DNA of 63,986 nucleotides, counting the filler, from Kipferlia bialata (taxonomy: Eukaryota), in NCBI GenBank assembly GCA_003568945.1. It is 3 parts of 3 records of this genome, joined end to end, with 100 filler letters (N's around TTAATTAATTAA, not from the genome) between each part and the next. Parts side by side here need not be neighbours in the genome. Positions count along the whole stretch, not along the records: positions 1 to 29,585 come from BDIP01000135.1; 2 more parts are not named here. One strand, given 5' to 3'. Position 1 is the first letter of the stretch; the number at the start of each line of letters is the position of its first letter. A program made the position numbers and the translations under genes. Below the pieces are notes generated by a model that saw only the letters and a program-made list of their open reading frames with translations, ran no database searches and was not told the origin of the DNA. This document shows, in pieces, positions 1 to 13,600 of the stretch.

Positions 1-3000
1 AGAGGTGGGTCACTATCATGGATGTTTCATATATCATATACTACATAGAGGTGGGGACTGCCATGGGTATTGGTGTGCTGGTACCATTGTATCTGTGGTT
101 GTATGTGACCCCTTCTTCATACTGACATACCAGGCCCTGGCCCAGTGGCTCGATGCCGTCCCCTTCAAGACAGGGGTCAGGGCCCTCCCCCTCGATGTGT
201 ATGGGGTGTTCCCGAGAGAGCACCTCCTGAGGATGCAGCAGGGACAGGGCGGGGCACGGCCTACCCACCCCGAGAGAGGCATCCTTAAGCACACACCACA
301 GTGCCTGCTGGAAGGTGGGGGCCCTGTCAGTGTCAATTGTGTGTGGTACCCTAGCGCATGTGTATTGCACTGACCCCAGGTGACTCCACCCCCCAGACAG
401 TTGTGGCAGTGGGAGTGAGCCAGATCGGGGGGTCCTTCCCCCTGTCCTGTGACCCCACTGCATATGCCGCAGCCCTGCCCTCCAGACCTGTCACCCCCTT
501 CCCATTGCTAAAGTATGTAGCTGCATAGTGTAGTGAGTATGAAGTGTGTAGTGTCTGACCCCCCAGGATTGTCCTGCAGAGGGAGAAGGCCTGTGGCAGG
601 GCCATCGAGGCCACCAAGTTCCCCTCTCCCTTCATGCTGGCCCAGGTGGCCACCCTAGCTGATATGTGCTCGGGGACAGTGCTGGTATTCTGCAACAGGT
701 GGGTAGTAGAGGTAGAGTGTTATGCTAGATGAACCAGTGTGGAGTTCTTCTGACCCCTAGGCGTGTCGACTGTGAGATCTACGCTGCATTCATAGCAGCA
801 TGGCGCAGTGCCTGTTATAGGGGCAGACCTCAGGCAGAGAGAGCGGCACTGGCCCATCCCTGTCTACCCTATCTCACGGTGAGTGGTGGTGTGGTTTGTG
901 TATATCTGCCAACATGTGTCTCACCCCCAGGGACTCCCCACCTACAGTGCCAAACTGGCTGCCTATCTCGAGTGTCGCACTGCCTTTCACCATGCACACC
1001 TCACAAAGGTATGGGGGGTGAGAGTTACGTGAGAACTGGATAGATATATATGTGCAGTAACCCCCAGGATGAGCGTGATGTGCTAGAGCGAGGGGTGAGA
1101 GGTGAGTGGGACGCCCCGCTAGACCCAGACCTGCCCAGCCCCCCCTCCCTAGTGCTATGTGCCACAAGCACTCTGGCAGTCGGGGTCAACCTGCCAGGTA
1201 CGAGAGATGCATGTATATACACCTCTGTGGGGTACATATGACGGACTGTTCATTATACCCTTGTCTCACCTCCAGTGGACAGAGTAATCCTTGCTGGTAT
1301 CAAGCACAGTGGCAACCTGTGCGACCCCACAAAGTGAGTTTCCATGTAGTATCTCAACGCATCAGTGCACCATTCACTCATACTGACACTAACCATGTAT
1401 ACATACATACCTATATACCCCACCCCAGGTTCATGCAGATGGTGGGCAGGGCAGGGCGTGTCATGAAGGGTAGGACCAGGGACCCCGAGGCAGTGCTGCA
1501 GAGGGAGAGAGACCTATTTGCTGGGGACATGACCACCCCTACATCCACAGGCAGTCTGGCTCACATGGAAGGTATTGATTGCCCGTATGCACATTGTACT
1601 TATAGTATATACTCACTCTCCCCCTGACTGTCAGGTGCCGCTGGGTCTAGGGGTGAGGCCTTCATTGTGTATGCAGATGGGCCTGAGGGGGCAGTGGCTA
1701 CTATGGGGTCATACACTAGGTATGATATATAGGCTAGTACTTGTCTCCACCCCTCTTCTAACCCTCCAGTAGTATACCTGGTGTCTTCAAGGTGGAGAGA
1801 CCCATTGACCTCGACGAGAACCCTGACCCCAAGCTGATATCACTGTACAACCAGAGACAGAAGGAACTGGACTCAGAGACAGGACTCAACCTGGTGCGAT
1901 TGTGTCAAATAGAGAGAGAGTATATGAATGTATCATCTCCTCACTCTGCCTGACCCCAGCACGCTCTACCCCCCAAGAGGGACTACTCCAACATGACAGT
2001 GGATATGCCCAGACTCATGTCCTACTACCTTTTCCTGCCACCCGATGCCCATATGGTCAGGAGTGGCCTCCTGGCTGACAACTCCATGCCCTCCACTGTA
2101 CTCACTGCCGTGTCACACTTCAGATCGGCCACAGCTCACCAGGTCGGGATACTCCCACCCTCCCTCTATTTCTATTAATGTCTCTCTCCCTCTCTTTCTA
2201 CTAATGTCTCTCTCTCTCTCTCCCTCTCTCATGTGTCAGGTCCTGCAGTTCCTGGGCCGTAGCTATGAGCTGTCCCATGATGGGCATGGGGAGGACATGG
2301 CCGCTATCAGGTGCGGATGGTAGTCCAACATATATGTGTATATATCAAATACCATACATTGTGTGTCACGTTCTTAACCCCAGACGCCGTGTGCAACAAG
2401 AGCTCAACTTCCTAGTGGAGCGTAAGTACATCAGGAGGCAGTCCTCTGGGCCAGATGGGGATGCCCAACGTGACACCCTGTCCGCCATGGAGGAGGCCGG
2501 GTCTGCCCTCCCCACCGACACAGAGGCCCAGCAGAAACTGTACACTCTGACTGAGTTGGGCACTGCGTGTATGGCAGGTGGGTTCACACCTGAGCAGGGG
2601 GCCAGGCTATATGCTGAGCTAGCCGCTGCCAGACAGGGCATCAGACTGGACACCCCCCTGCACCTGCTGTTCCTGGTGGCACCCATGCCCGTAACAGACA
2701 TGATGTCATCAACGGCCAGGGAGAAGGAGGTGGGGGAGGTGTATGTATATATATATATATATGTATGTATGTATGTGCATGGAGTGAATACGTCACCCAC
2801 CCCAGGTAGCCCTAGCCACTACGGGTGTCCTCAGGGGGGTGGCCCATCTGGGGGACACGGCAGCGGCGGCAGGTACAGTGTATCGATATGTATCTCTTGA
2901 GGTTGCTCAGTCAGCCTCTCTTTCTCTAAGCCTACAATACCCTTGCCCCCTACCTACCCCCAGCTGCCAAGGTTGGACAGGGCAAGAGGTCCAGTGTGGC

Positions 3001-6000
3001 GGCGTCTGCCGAGGCTGACCTAGCCACTATATACACCCTGCTGACCGGGTCCCCCCTTGCCTATTCTAAGGCAGACACACACACCAACCAGCTCAGAGTC
3101 AGTATAGAGGCTAGACTCACTAGGGGGTGAGGGAGTGGTGCTCTCTATTCAGTGTGTATATGAGTTCCTAACCTACTCAGCAAGTGGCGTATATAACTCC
3201 AGTACCCCCGAGGCCCGCCTAGCATTTAGACTACGCGACGCCTTGGTATTACGCGATCTTATGAACGATGTGGCTATCCTGGACGTTGCTGAGCGGTACC
3301 AGATCGAGTGCTCCAGGTGCAACAAGGTGGGCAGTGATACCCTATAATCTCTACCGTTCGTCCTCAGATCTCCCTCCTCCTCCTTATCCCCCATAGTACA
3401 CCCTACTATCACCTACATCCCCTTACCCCCCAGATCCTCGAGGACACAGGTACCCTCTCCTCCCAGATCATCTCCTTCACAAAGGCACTCAGATGGACCC
3501 TGCTGCAGGTACAGATGCATGCACTGATCCACTCACTATCTACATATAGTGACCCCCCCTAGACTTACCCCAGGTTCTGTTTGAGCAGTTCAGACAGCAG
3601 GCCCAGTTCGGTGTGTCAGCCGAGCTCACCCCCTTCTGTGCCGCCCTGCCATTGGTCAGACGATACGAGATCATAGCACTCGCCAAGAACGGTGGGTGGT
3701 GGCATGTGTTACCGATGGTGCATGTAGTGATGACCTTCCCCTATTCTCTAACCCAAAGGTATCATGGGTGCCCAGAGTCTAGCTGCCGCTAACCCCGCCA
3801 TGGTGTGCAAGATACTGAGTGCCTGTGTCCCATACACTAAGGTAACCCAGCCCATATATATGCACTTAGTAGTATATGATCACATGAATGCATCTAATGC
3901 CCTTAGGAAGACTCCACCGAGAGGGATGCCGCAGACAATGCCAGGGCCCGTGAGATCCAGTCCATGGCCCAGGCCTATCTAGATAGGAGACGGCTGGAGA
4001 AGGCCAGCCCATCAGTGCTGTCCAAGTCGATGACTGGCACAGTATCTGCATCAGGCCAGGCCCCATATGTGTCTCCCACAGGTGTACCCCAGAGGCACAG
4101 TGTCATTGCCACCCCTGCTGCCTCTAAGCACCGCCCCCCCACCACCGGTGTGTCTGGTGTGTCTGTGTCTGTGTTTGGAGATGATATGGACATGGACGAT
4201 ATAGACTATGGGGAGGACGTGCAGGTCGGGAACAGTGACGAGGAGAGGATGCTACAGGAGTTGGAGAGAGAGAGTGGGCTGGACAGCGGTTATGACTCCA
4301 GGTCCCGTACCTCATCATCTGCTGCATCTGGCAGTGTCTCTAGTAAGTACAAGGAGGAGAAGCAGCCCAAGGCCTCACCCAGTGTGGTGTCTGTGTCAGA
4401 GTCCCCTGTCAAGGGGGAGGGATACACTGACACAGGTGATGTGGCCATGGTCCCCAAGGAGGAAGGAAAGGAAGAGGGGGAGGGAGAGGGGGAGGGAGAG
4501 GGGGAGGAGGATGATCTGACCGAGCCCCTAAGTGCCCTGTCCATATCAATGTCCCTGGCAGTGCAGGCTGGGTATGCAAAGGCCAAGGGAGCAAAGGGTA
4601 GACACATTGCACAGGTGCCATCAAGGCCCAAGATAGAGGGAGAGGGAGATGCATACCCAGGTGGACAGTCTGCAGAGGCAGAGAATGAGGCTGCTGGGAC
4701 TGGGGATGTAGACATGGTTGAGGAGGATGAAGGGTCTGAGTGGGTACCGGATGGGACACAAGGAGAGGGAGAGAGAGAGAGAGAGGACGAGAGGCTGTAT
4801 ACAGACGTGGATGAGGAGGTCCCTCGGAAGAGAGCACCTGCCAAGAGATCCAGGGGTAAGAAGGGGAAGAGACCCAGGGTCAAGAGAGAGACCGATGTAC
4901 CGCCCACTGTGTCTAGGGTCAAGAGGGAGAGAGAGGGCGCTAGGCCTAGGGATGAGTGGACCGTGCCCGGGGACGGGAGTGAGGGCAGTGACGGTGCCAC
5001 CTCAGAGTACGTCCCCTCCTCCCCCTCTGCTGATGCACCTGCACCCCCGGCCAAGAGGGCACACGTGCCCAGGCATAGTGGGGGAGAGGCAGAGGCAGAG
5101 ACAGAGGCCATGAAGGCTAGGCCCAAGGGAAGGGGCAGGGCTGCGTTTGCAGGCATGTCTCCCTCCATCACCTCTATGGGTGGGGTCAAGGGGGGGAAGC
5201 CAGCCCCAGCTTCGGTACCCGAGGTGCCAGAGACACCCCATACCGGCACTGTGGGTCCGGGTGAGGTCAAGGAGGAGGAGGAAGAGTCAGAGGACTCCCC
5301 CCTCCTGTTGAAACAGGCCCTGAAGAGACGCCCCAAGCGAGAGACGCCATCCCTGGCCAGGTTCAAGAGAGAGACACCCGTTGTCAATGCGGTGGGTGTG
5401 TCAGCTGAGGCAGGCGTCCCCCAGTCCCAGTCCCCAGAGACCCAGGAGATAGGGGGTGTGGGTGGTACAGCCGGTGATGGACAGGCCGATGTGATACCCG
5501 CCACCCCCAAGATCACCCCAGCACCCGTCATACCAGTGAGACAGAGAGAGAGGCCACCTACCAATGGTACCAAGCGCAGGATCATCGACGACTCTGACTC
5601 TGAGAGTGATGGGTTCCTGCAGAGCCTAGGCCTCATGCCTAGTCAGAGGTCCCAGGGGCAGAAGGGGGGGAGAGAGAGAGAGGCTCGGCCCCTCACTCAG
5701 ACGGGGAGGGGCGGTGCCTCCCTCCGCATGACCCTTGGGTGTGCTGCACTGAGCCCCCGTATACAGCAGAGGCTGGATGAGATAGGGGACGCAGGGCAGA
5801 GAGAGGTCACCAGGCAGCAGCTGAGAGAGAGGGAGGACGCCCTTGGTGTAGGGGGGGAGGATGTGATTGAGGAGTCCCCACCTGTTAAGGCCAAGCCCAA
5901 ACCCAAGGCTGGTGCCTCAGATGTGTCTCCCCAGACCAAGTCTGCCGTGCCCACCAACCTCAGTGGTGTACCCTGTACCCCCCAGCCACCCAGTCAGGGC

Positions 6001-9000
6001 ATAGGCACAGGGGAGGGCCTGAGTCCCCAGCCAGGTGTGACTGTGTTCACCGCCAACCAGACCTTCATGGTCAATGGCCGCATATCCAGGGGAGGGTCTG
6101 CCGCAGAGGGACTGCCCCATAGAGACAGAGAGGCAGAGGCAGGGAAGAGACCGGTGGAGAGGGGTGCTGGGGTGCCTGTGGTCACTCAGGCTGGTGCCTC
6201 CACTGGGACAGGTGGAGACACACAGGCAGGTACCCGGGTGCCTGAGACACCGAGGGAGACGTCTCAGCTCTCCAGACCTCTTGAGAGGGAGAGAGAGGCC
6301 GGCAATGGGCAGGAGCGGCCCCTGCCCACAAGACGTGCCCTACCCCCCACCCCCTTCGATGATGACGAGGATGAGTCACTGTCAGAGGGGTACTCACCCC
6401 CCGCCCCTGTCCCAACACATGCACCCACGGAGTGGCCATATGCCATCACAGCACCTGACGTGCCCGCAGAGGAGAGGATCATTACACCCATGTAAGTGAC
6501 ACTGACTGTTTGATAAATATACCCCTACCCCCTCCTCACCCGTAGGCAGCAGACCCACCTGTCCCAGGCCCCCTCCCCCCTGTCCATGAGTGAGCAGTAT
6601 GTGTCTGTGCTGCATGTGTCTGACAACACCTTAGAGAGCTCTGAGGCATGTGGTCTGATCAGGGGAATCCTGGTGGCAGGGCTCAACTACACCAGGTGCG
6701 GCATGACTACGCGGTGTATGTCACGGAGTCGTGGACACTTCAGTCTGGCAGAGATCTCGTGTTCGCTGTACGCATAATCCTCTGTGTTCTCTCCTTACCC
6801 CCAGGGACAGTGCGTATGTGACAGACATGCCCTGTATGGGTATCAGCACCAAGCTAGACAGCCTGCAGAGGCTACGCTCTGTGTCGCTGTGTCCCTGTCC
6901 CTTCCTAGTGGTCACAGTGTCTGTCAGCCAGGCCAACACAGGGGGTGCGGTTACTACATGTAGACAGTATATAACCACGTTAATAGCAACACCCATACAC
7001 CTGACCCCTCACCCCCAGGCATGATGCCCTGTCTGCAGAAGATCCTCCCCCCCACCCACTCCTACATGCTGGCAGGCGTCAACCTCCAGCGCAACCTGGT
7101 CCACCTCTGGGCCGAGTCCCCCTCCCTCCTGCCCTATGACACACTGTCTGTACTGAGGGTGGGGGCAAAGGGGAGAGAGAGACTCAGGGCCAAGGGCAAG
7201 GGGGTGGAGATACCCACGTGGGTCGACCCCAAGGTGTTGGTGTGGATACTATCCACAAACACTAAGGTGAGATGGTGTGTTTTGCTATGTCCCTTCATGT
7301 ATGCATACCTCACTCTAGATCAAGAGCCAGAGGGACATGTGGGATTTTGTCTTCGACGACTCCCGCAACTACAACCCTCCCCTGCAGACGTACAAGGTAC
7401 GGGTCGTAGATTGCATATCGCTCACATACATAATGGTATATTTGTGTATATACTGCTGGACCTGTTCTCACCCCTAGGTTGCCAGGAACAAGATCCAGAT
7501 AGCCCCCTTCGACATATTGGATGTCCCCCTGTCCCGACACATGAGGGAACTGGCCAGATACATCACAAGGGACTTCACACGGAGTGAGGGGGAGGAGCAG
7601 CCGTGCCCTATGGAGGTGGGTGGCTGGAGGGTGTTGCAGTAGTAGTTCATTGGGATAGTTACGTGTATCCATACCCCTACGTCTCACCCAGGCCATGCGA
7701 TCCAGGTCGCTGAGTATCGAGATTGCCTCCAGGATCAGACAGAGACTCCCGGGTGGGGGGTGACTAATACTATTTGTAGTTTACTCTAGGCATCAGTTAT
7801 ATGTGTGTGAACACTACTCTGACCCCAGCTGCCTACACGATGCTGACCAGGATGGAGTCTCTCATCATACCCCTCCTGGCCTACATGAGGTGGATGGGAA
7901 TCGGGGCTAGGTGCGTCTATTCTGTACCTCTGTCTTTTCGTGCCGATGATATTTCCTTCCCTAACCCCCCAGGGCCAACGAGGTGTGGTACCAGATAGGC
8001 CTGCTAGCCAAGTACCAGGTGGGATATCTGCCACTGTATCAACTGCTACTGACCCCCCCCCTCTCCCTCACCCCTAGGACTACACCCATGACTATGTCAA
8101 GAAGACGTGGGGCAGGCATGTGCGCATTGCTACCAGGGGCAAGGCCGCCGCCTCCGAGCACCTCCTGCTGACATCCCCTGCCAACTGCGCTGTGCTGCTG
8201 TACAATGAGCTGGGCCTACCATCCCCAGACTCCAAGGTGGGTGGGGGGGGATTATGTCACTGTCTGGATATGTATACAAACATAGTGTCGCTGACTCATC
8301 CCAGCGAAAGGGTGCGGCCTCTCGGATGAAGAAGAAGACCCACCCCTCGACAGGAAAGGCAGTCCTGGAGCACATTGTACAGGTGTGGTTGACGGTGTAT
8401 ACCATGTATCTCTTGTAGATGATGCCTCTCTCTACCTCACATCAGCTGCATCCTGTGGTCAGGCTGATACTCAACTTCCGGTCTGCCGGTAAGAGGGCAG
8501 GGCTACTCAAGGTGAGATAGAATTCAGAGACAATATGTATATCGGGACACACTAGGCCTAGTATACCCTCCTCACCCTCAGGGTTTCAAGGCCCCTCCGT
8601 CCCGCCGCCCCACCCCTGGCCAGACAGGCGACTCCTGCTTCAGGATCCATGCAGACTATGACCAGACCTCAGCTGCCACTGGCCGCATCACCATAGAGAA
8701 CCCACCAATGCAGCAGGTTCGTGATTAGTATATACACCCCTAGTGTATAATGCATCTCATGCATCTACCCCCTTACTGCCAGACCAGCCGCCCCTTTGAG
8801 ATGAACCTGCCTGGCCCTGTCCTGCTAGCCATGCTGGATGACGGGGTGATACCAGCAGGTGCGGGATAGATATACACACTAGCACTCCTATACACTCCTA
8901 CCTGTCTCACCCCCCAGACAAGTTGCAGCCCAGGTCTGAGGTGCTGCGTATCCTTGCATATGCGGAGGGGGAGGTGGACAAGGCGGTCAAGGGTGCATCT

Positions 9001-10424
9001 GTGTACATGCCCAGTCAGAGTACGGTGGATAGACTCAGGAGATGCAGTGAGGCAGAGGAGACAGAGGAGACCAGGGGGTGGCTCAGCCTCACTCTGCTGC
9101 ACGAGGAGAAGAAGGTGGGAGGAGTATATACAGTAGTTAGTGGTACCTTACCGTAACGTATCAGTGAGTGTTCACTCATACCCACCCACTCACCCCCAGA
9201 CCACCTACCAGAGCACGATGGGTGAGGAACGGACAGTGACGTGGGACCAGACCTGGCAGCTGACATTGCAGAACAGACACTGTATAGGGCCTGAGAAGGG
9301 TGGGTACTAACTATACCGATCTCACCGTCTTACTGGGCTGGTCTAACGATAGGCTACTCGCTTGTGTCCATCGACTTCAAACAGATGGAGATGCGGCTGC
9401 TTGCCCACCTCAGCACTGACAAGGCTCTCAAGGAGGCATGTGCCACCAAGGACGTGTTCACGGTACGGGTCTGTGTTATACATGTATTATGCATAGTGTC
9501 AGAGTACCCATCCCGTCCTTGATTGATACCCCAGAACATGGCGTCTGACCTGTTCCACATACCTGTGGACAGCGTGACCAAGAACCTCAGGGGCATGGGT
9601 GAGTGGGGGTGGCATGGATCCACCAGATATACACATTCGGACTCTCTCTGCAGCCCTGTTTCCGTATCTGTCCCTTCTCACCCCAGCCAAGCAGATGAAC
9701 TATGCCGTCATGTACGGTATGGGGGCTGTGTCCCTGGCCAAGAAGCTCAGTGTCGCCATGGACAGAGAGGTGAGGGGGGATGCATATTGTTGTCACTTAC
9801 ACATGTCTTAAGGTGTATATACCTGTTCACACTGTCCTCCCACCCCCAGGTGACAGAGAGTGAGGCCCAGGCCCAGATTAATAGGCTGTACAGGTCGTAC
9901 CCCAAGATGGGTGAGTACCAGACTGCCGTTGAGCAGTTCGGCATGTCCAACGGGTATGTGGTCACTATGAGGGGCAGGAGGAGGGAGGTCGACAGTGGCC
10001 ACACTGGGGATGCAGCCATGCAGGAGTATGACAGTGCCGCATGCAGGAGGCAGTGCCTCAACAGCGTGGTGCAGGGGAGTGCCGCAGACGTCGCCAAGGA
10101 GGGAATGCTCAAGGTAGTCGCTATGCAATGCTCTACTATATACACCCACACTCTGTAGTCTCTCTCTGACCCCAGGTGTTCAAGCGGCTAGTGATGACTG
10201 GCGACCCCTCTGCCCCCTTCGACGACAGTGTCAGGATGGTGCTGGGCATGCACGACGAGATACTGCTGGAGATCAGGGATGACAGGGTGAGAGAGGTGGT
10301 GCCCGTCATGCAGAGCCTGTGGGAGTCCAGCAGCGGCATATCCGTAGCACTGCCAGGCAACGTCAAGGTCGGCAAGACCTGGGCCACAATCATACCCTAC
10401 GACGAGTGGGTCCAACAGCAGTGA
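1..10424 (+). CDS. POLQ: DNA polymerase theta (SF2 helicase, long disordered linker, family A polymerase); multi-exon, 5' end outside the window
   Basis: Spliced exons give helicase motifs VLVFCN, AFHHAHL..DERDVLE, VLCATSTLAVGVNLP and FMQMVGRAGR. Polymerase motifs are A (SIDFKQMEMRLLAHLS, ~9370), B (RGMAKQMNYAVMYGMG) and C (LGMHDEILLE, ~10250), plus NSVVQGSAADVAK. GT-AG introns; TGA at 10422-10424. Confidence 0.95.
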
Positions 10425-10616
10425 GGGGGGGGAAGGCCCCGATGTTTCATATCGTGTATTTGTATTGTGTTGGCTGGTTGTATTCATTCATTACTGAACC
10501 ATCCAGTGTTTCTATACAGTTGCCGTAAATTGACGGTCGTGTTCGTGTTGGTTGCATATGAGAGTAGGGATATGGTCAATTACATACTAAAGCGACTGAG
10601 TCTCAAGTTGAGACTC

Positions 10617-13600
10617 TCAACCCAACGGGTCTGCCCACTCCCTCCACCGCGTAAGATTCTCCTTGGCAGCCTGTGTCCACTCCTCAGTGAGAGTGACTAT
10701 GGCCTCTGCATGTACGGGCACACATGTCTGTACGTACTCAGCCAGGCACCGGCACTCTCTCTCCAGGGTACCTGTCTCTACCGCCAGGTGCCTCAGATAA
10801 GACATGAGAGAGGGATACGCAAACTGTGCCGTTGATATCTCTAATAGCTGGTCCAGCATGCTAGTTGCATTGTCCTCCTTGGCCTGTCCCAGAGACAGTC
10901 TGTGACAGGTAGGCCAGTCTGGGATCAGAGGTGGCTCAGCATAGTAGCCGCGTGAATATAACTTACGCGTCTCACCTGCAAACATCCTACTCTTTCCGCC
11001 AATGTGTCTCAGTGCTGAGAGCAGGTGTCTCAATGCAATGCCCGAGGGTGTGGATGGTCCTAGCGTAGGGATATGATATATTGTATATTCTATATGGTGA
11101 ATGGCAGATGGCATATCAAGTTGAATTGACTGAATATCTATATCAATGGATGGTTCTGGCGTTGGGGTGTATATTTAGCTACCCGTAGCGTGTATCTCTT
11201 CATCAAGTACCATCCGTACCTGGGTCTGTGTGACTGATGAGGGTGGATCCTACCGCATCTTTCACTGGCATCGACACATGCATTTCGTTCCTAGGCATAC
11301 CAGCCGATCCCGTAGTCCCAACTATTGTGTCGCGGACAAGGTCACGAAAGCCAGGGTAGTATCCCTTCAGAGGAATGGCCTGAAGGTCAGAACAGTGGCA
11401 TGAGTCTCAACAGCTGTATATATCCCAGGGATCGGCTATGTACTCCGCTATCATACTCACCTGCTCTAACAATAGGAATATTGAGCACGCATGGAGGTTG
11501 AGCACATTGTTGCGGTGTGTGAGGGTCAGAGGGTGGTGCAGCACCTCGAGGGCCGCTGGCGTCACTATTGGTATAGAGTAGACAGTGGAACATATTGGGG
11601 TAGCGGGAATAAAGAGAGTATAGACACCCTGCTCGAATACTCCTCTCTGTAATGAAGGACCAGAAGTCAGATGGCACTAGCTTGATGTTACCTTCACTGA
11701 TCGGGGGTCTGTCTACATAAGTGAACATAGCGGCGACTGTTAGGGCCAGTGAAGCGGAGTCCGAGAACCATCCACCCTGCACTCCCCTCAGGACAGACAG
11801 CACCCTACCCAGTGTGTGGAGGGTGGAGGCAGTCTGATGGACATACAGGCTGGGGTGGGGTGATAGAAGGAGAGAGGAAGCTCAAGTACACTGGCTTTTG
11901 ATATTCTATCACACAATGACTTACTTGTCGTAGCATCCGATCAATGGTTCTGCCGCCATGAGTATCCTAGTCAGCGATGTAACAAGACGGCTCGGAATGA
12001 GTGACATGGCCTGCACTATGTATATGACAAAGTGCGTTAGGGGGTATGCGTGCCCATTTGGAGTGAGCATTGATATTCTGTCTATCAAACCCAGGTCCAA
12101 GACACAGCTTGAGAAGGATACTGTCAATGCATCCTCCATAATACTGTGTGTGGCACCAAACTGGACCACGGCCTCAGTCGTAGGGATGGTTATGTCTCGA
12201 CAGTCAAAAGGCATGATGGGTTGGATGAAGCTAGGGTGAGTAATCAGTGACCATTTGACATATATCACGCCAACCTGAGTTGCCAGTCTGTTCCGTTCTC
12301 CCTACATCTACCGGGCTGTATGTGAACAGGCACTAGCTCGGCCACAACGGATCGGGTCTGGGTGAGAGAATCTCTCACTGAGAGATCAATCGTAATTGCA
12401 CATCACATGCTAATTAGTAACAAGAATGTGGAAGTAACCTGATTCTGCAATGATTCAGTCACTGCGATGGTCGCAGTGACACACCCAGCTGGCTCAGCGT
12501 AGTTCCTTGTATAGCGACGTCTGAAGAGCTTCTCGCTATAGAACAACCGTGACGATACTAGTGGATCCACAGTGGGCTGTGTTGGTGCATACTTGTCTGA
12601 CACTACTGGTATGCCAGTTGGTGTCTCTGCAATGCGTAGGGTGTTAACGGAGTCACTGCCTAGTAGCTCAGTCAGAGGCGAGGGGTCACACATTACCCTG
12701 GGGTCAGAGGGTAGGGGGACTCACAAGTGCTACACGTGATACTTGATACCCTTATGTACACATCACCTGAGGGACCCACTCACTGTCAGGGGCACTGCAC
12801 GTGTCTCTCGAAGTAAAGACAGATGGCTACTCCCAAAGCCTGAGGACGGTTGGTCCCTGGGTCAGAGGTCGCTGAGGAATGGGGCGAGACGTGTAGATAG
12901 TGTGGTTGCAGTCCCCGAGATGCCTCACCCATATGGAAACTGCGTCTTGAGCCAGGTGACATAGGGGTCTGGACAGGAGTCAATGGGTTGGCCATTGGAC
13001 ACGAGGTACCGAGGCATAGGATAGGGGTCTAGGTGCCACTGGTGGTTAGTGTTGTTAGAGAAGTCATAGTAGAATGGTAAGTTACCGTTGGTAACATCAA
13101 GGCGGTTGCAATGTCTGGTATAACTCGAACATTGGTATACTCTCAGATACAGATACTGACATACCTCTGGGTGGTATAGCCTCTCCTGGTACAGGGTGTG
13201 TAGCTGTATACTCTGCCTCAGGGCCTAGGGTAAGCTAATGCCACACAGGAAGAAGGGTCTCCACCGAGTGACAAGAGACGTGGTACTGGGGGGTATATGA
13301 AATAACACCAGATCTGTGCACTTGCTTAATATATACAGCACTCACCCTGCCATTGTGTCTCAGTCTCAGGGTGTGGTACCTCCCAGTGGAGTCAAGGAGG
13401 TTGATGATCCTGCCAGTCAGATCGTAGTTTTAAGAGCCTGGACCTCGGTACACACGGCAAATCTGTGCATGTGTTACAATATGGGAATGGTTCGGATACC
13501 AGAATCTTTCGAACGCATACCTCTCCAACGGGGGTGCTGTTCTAGCCGACCTCTTCCCCCAGGGGCTCTTAGCCAGAGGGGGGACTGGGGTAAGTCTCTG

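Noticed and set aside
4290..5636. 448-aa antisense ORF and other overlapping ORFs in the POLQ linker
   Set aside because: Shadow ORFs of a GC-rich low-complexity exon, with Ser/Pro/Leu-rich mirror composition.
11387..11803. NSDASG resembling a DIRS/RNase H TDAS motif, suggesting a retroelement
   Set aside because: No reverse transcriptase, recombinase or terminal repeats are visible, and the region has ordinary spliceosomal signals.
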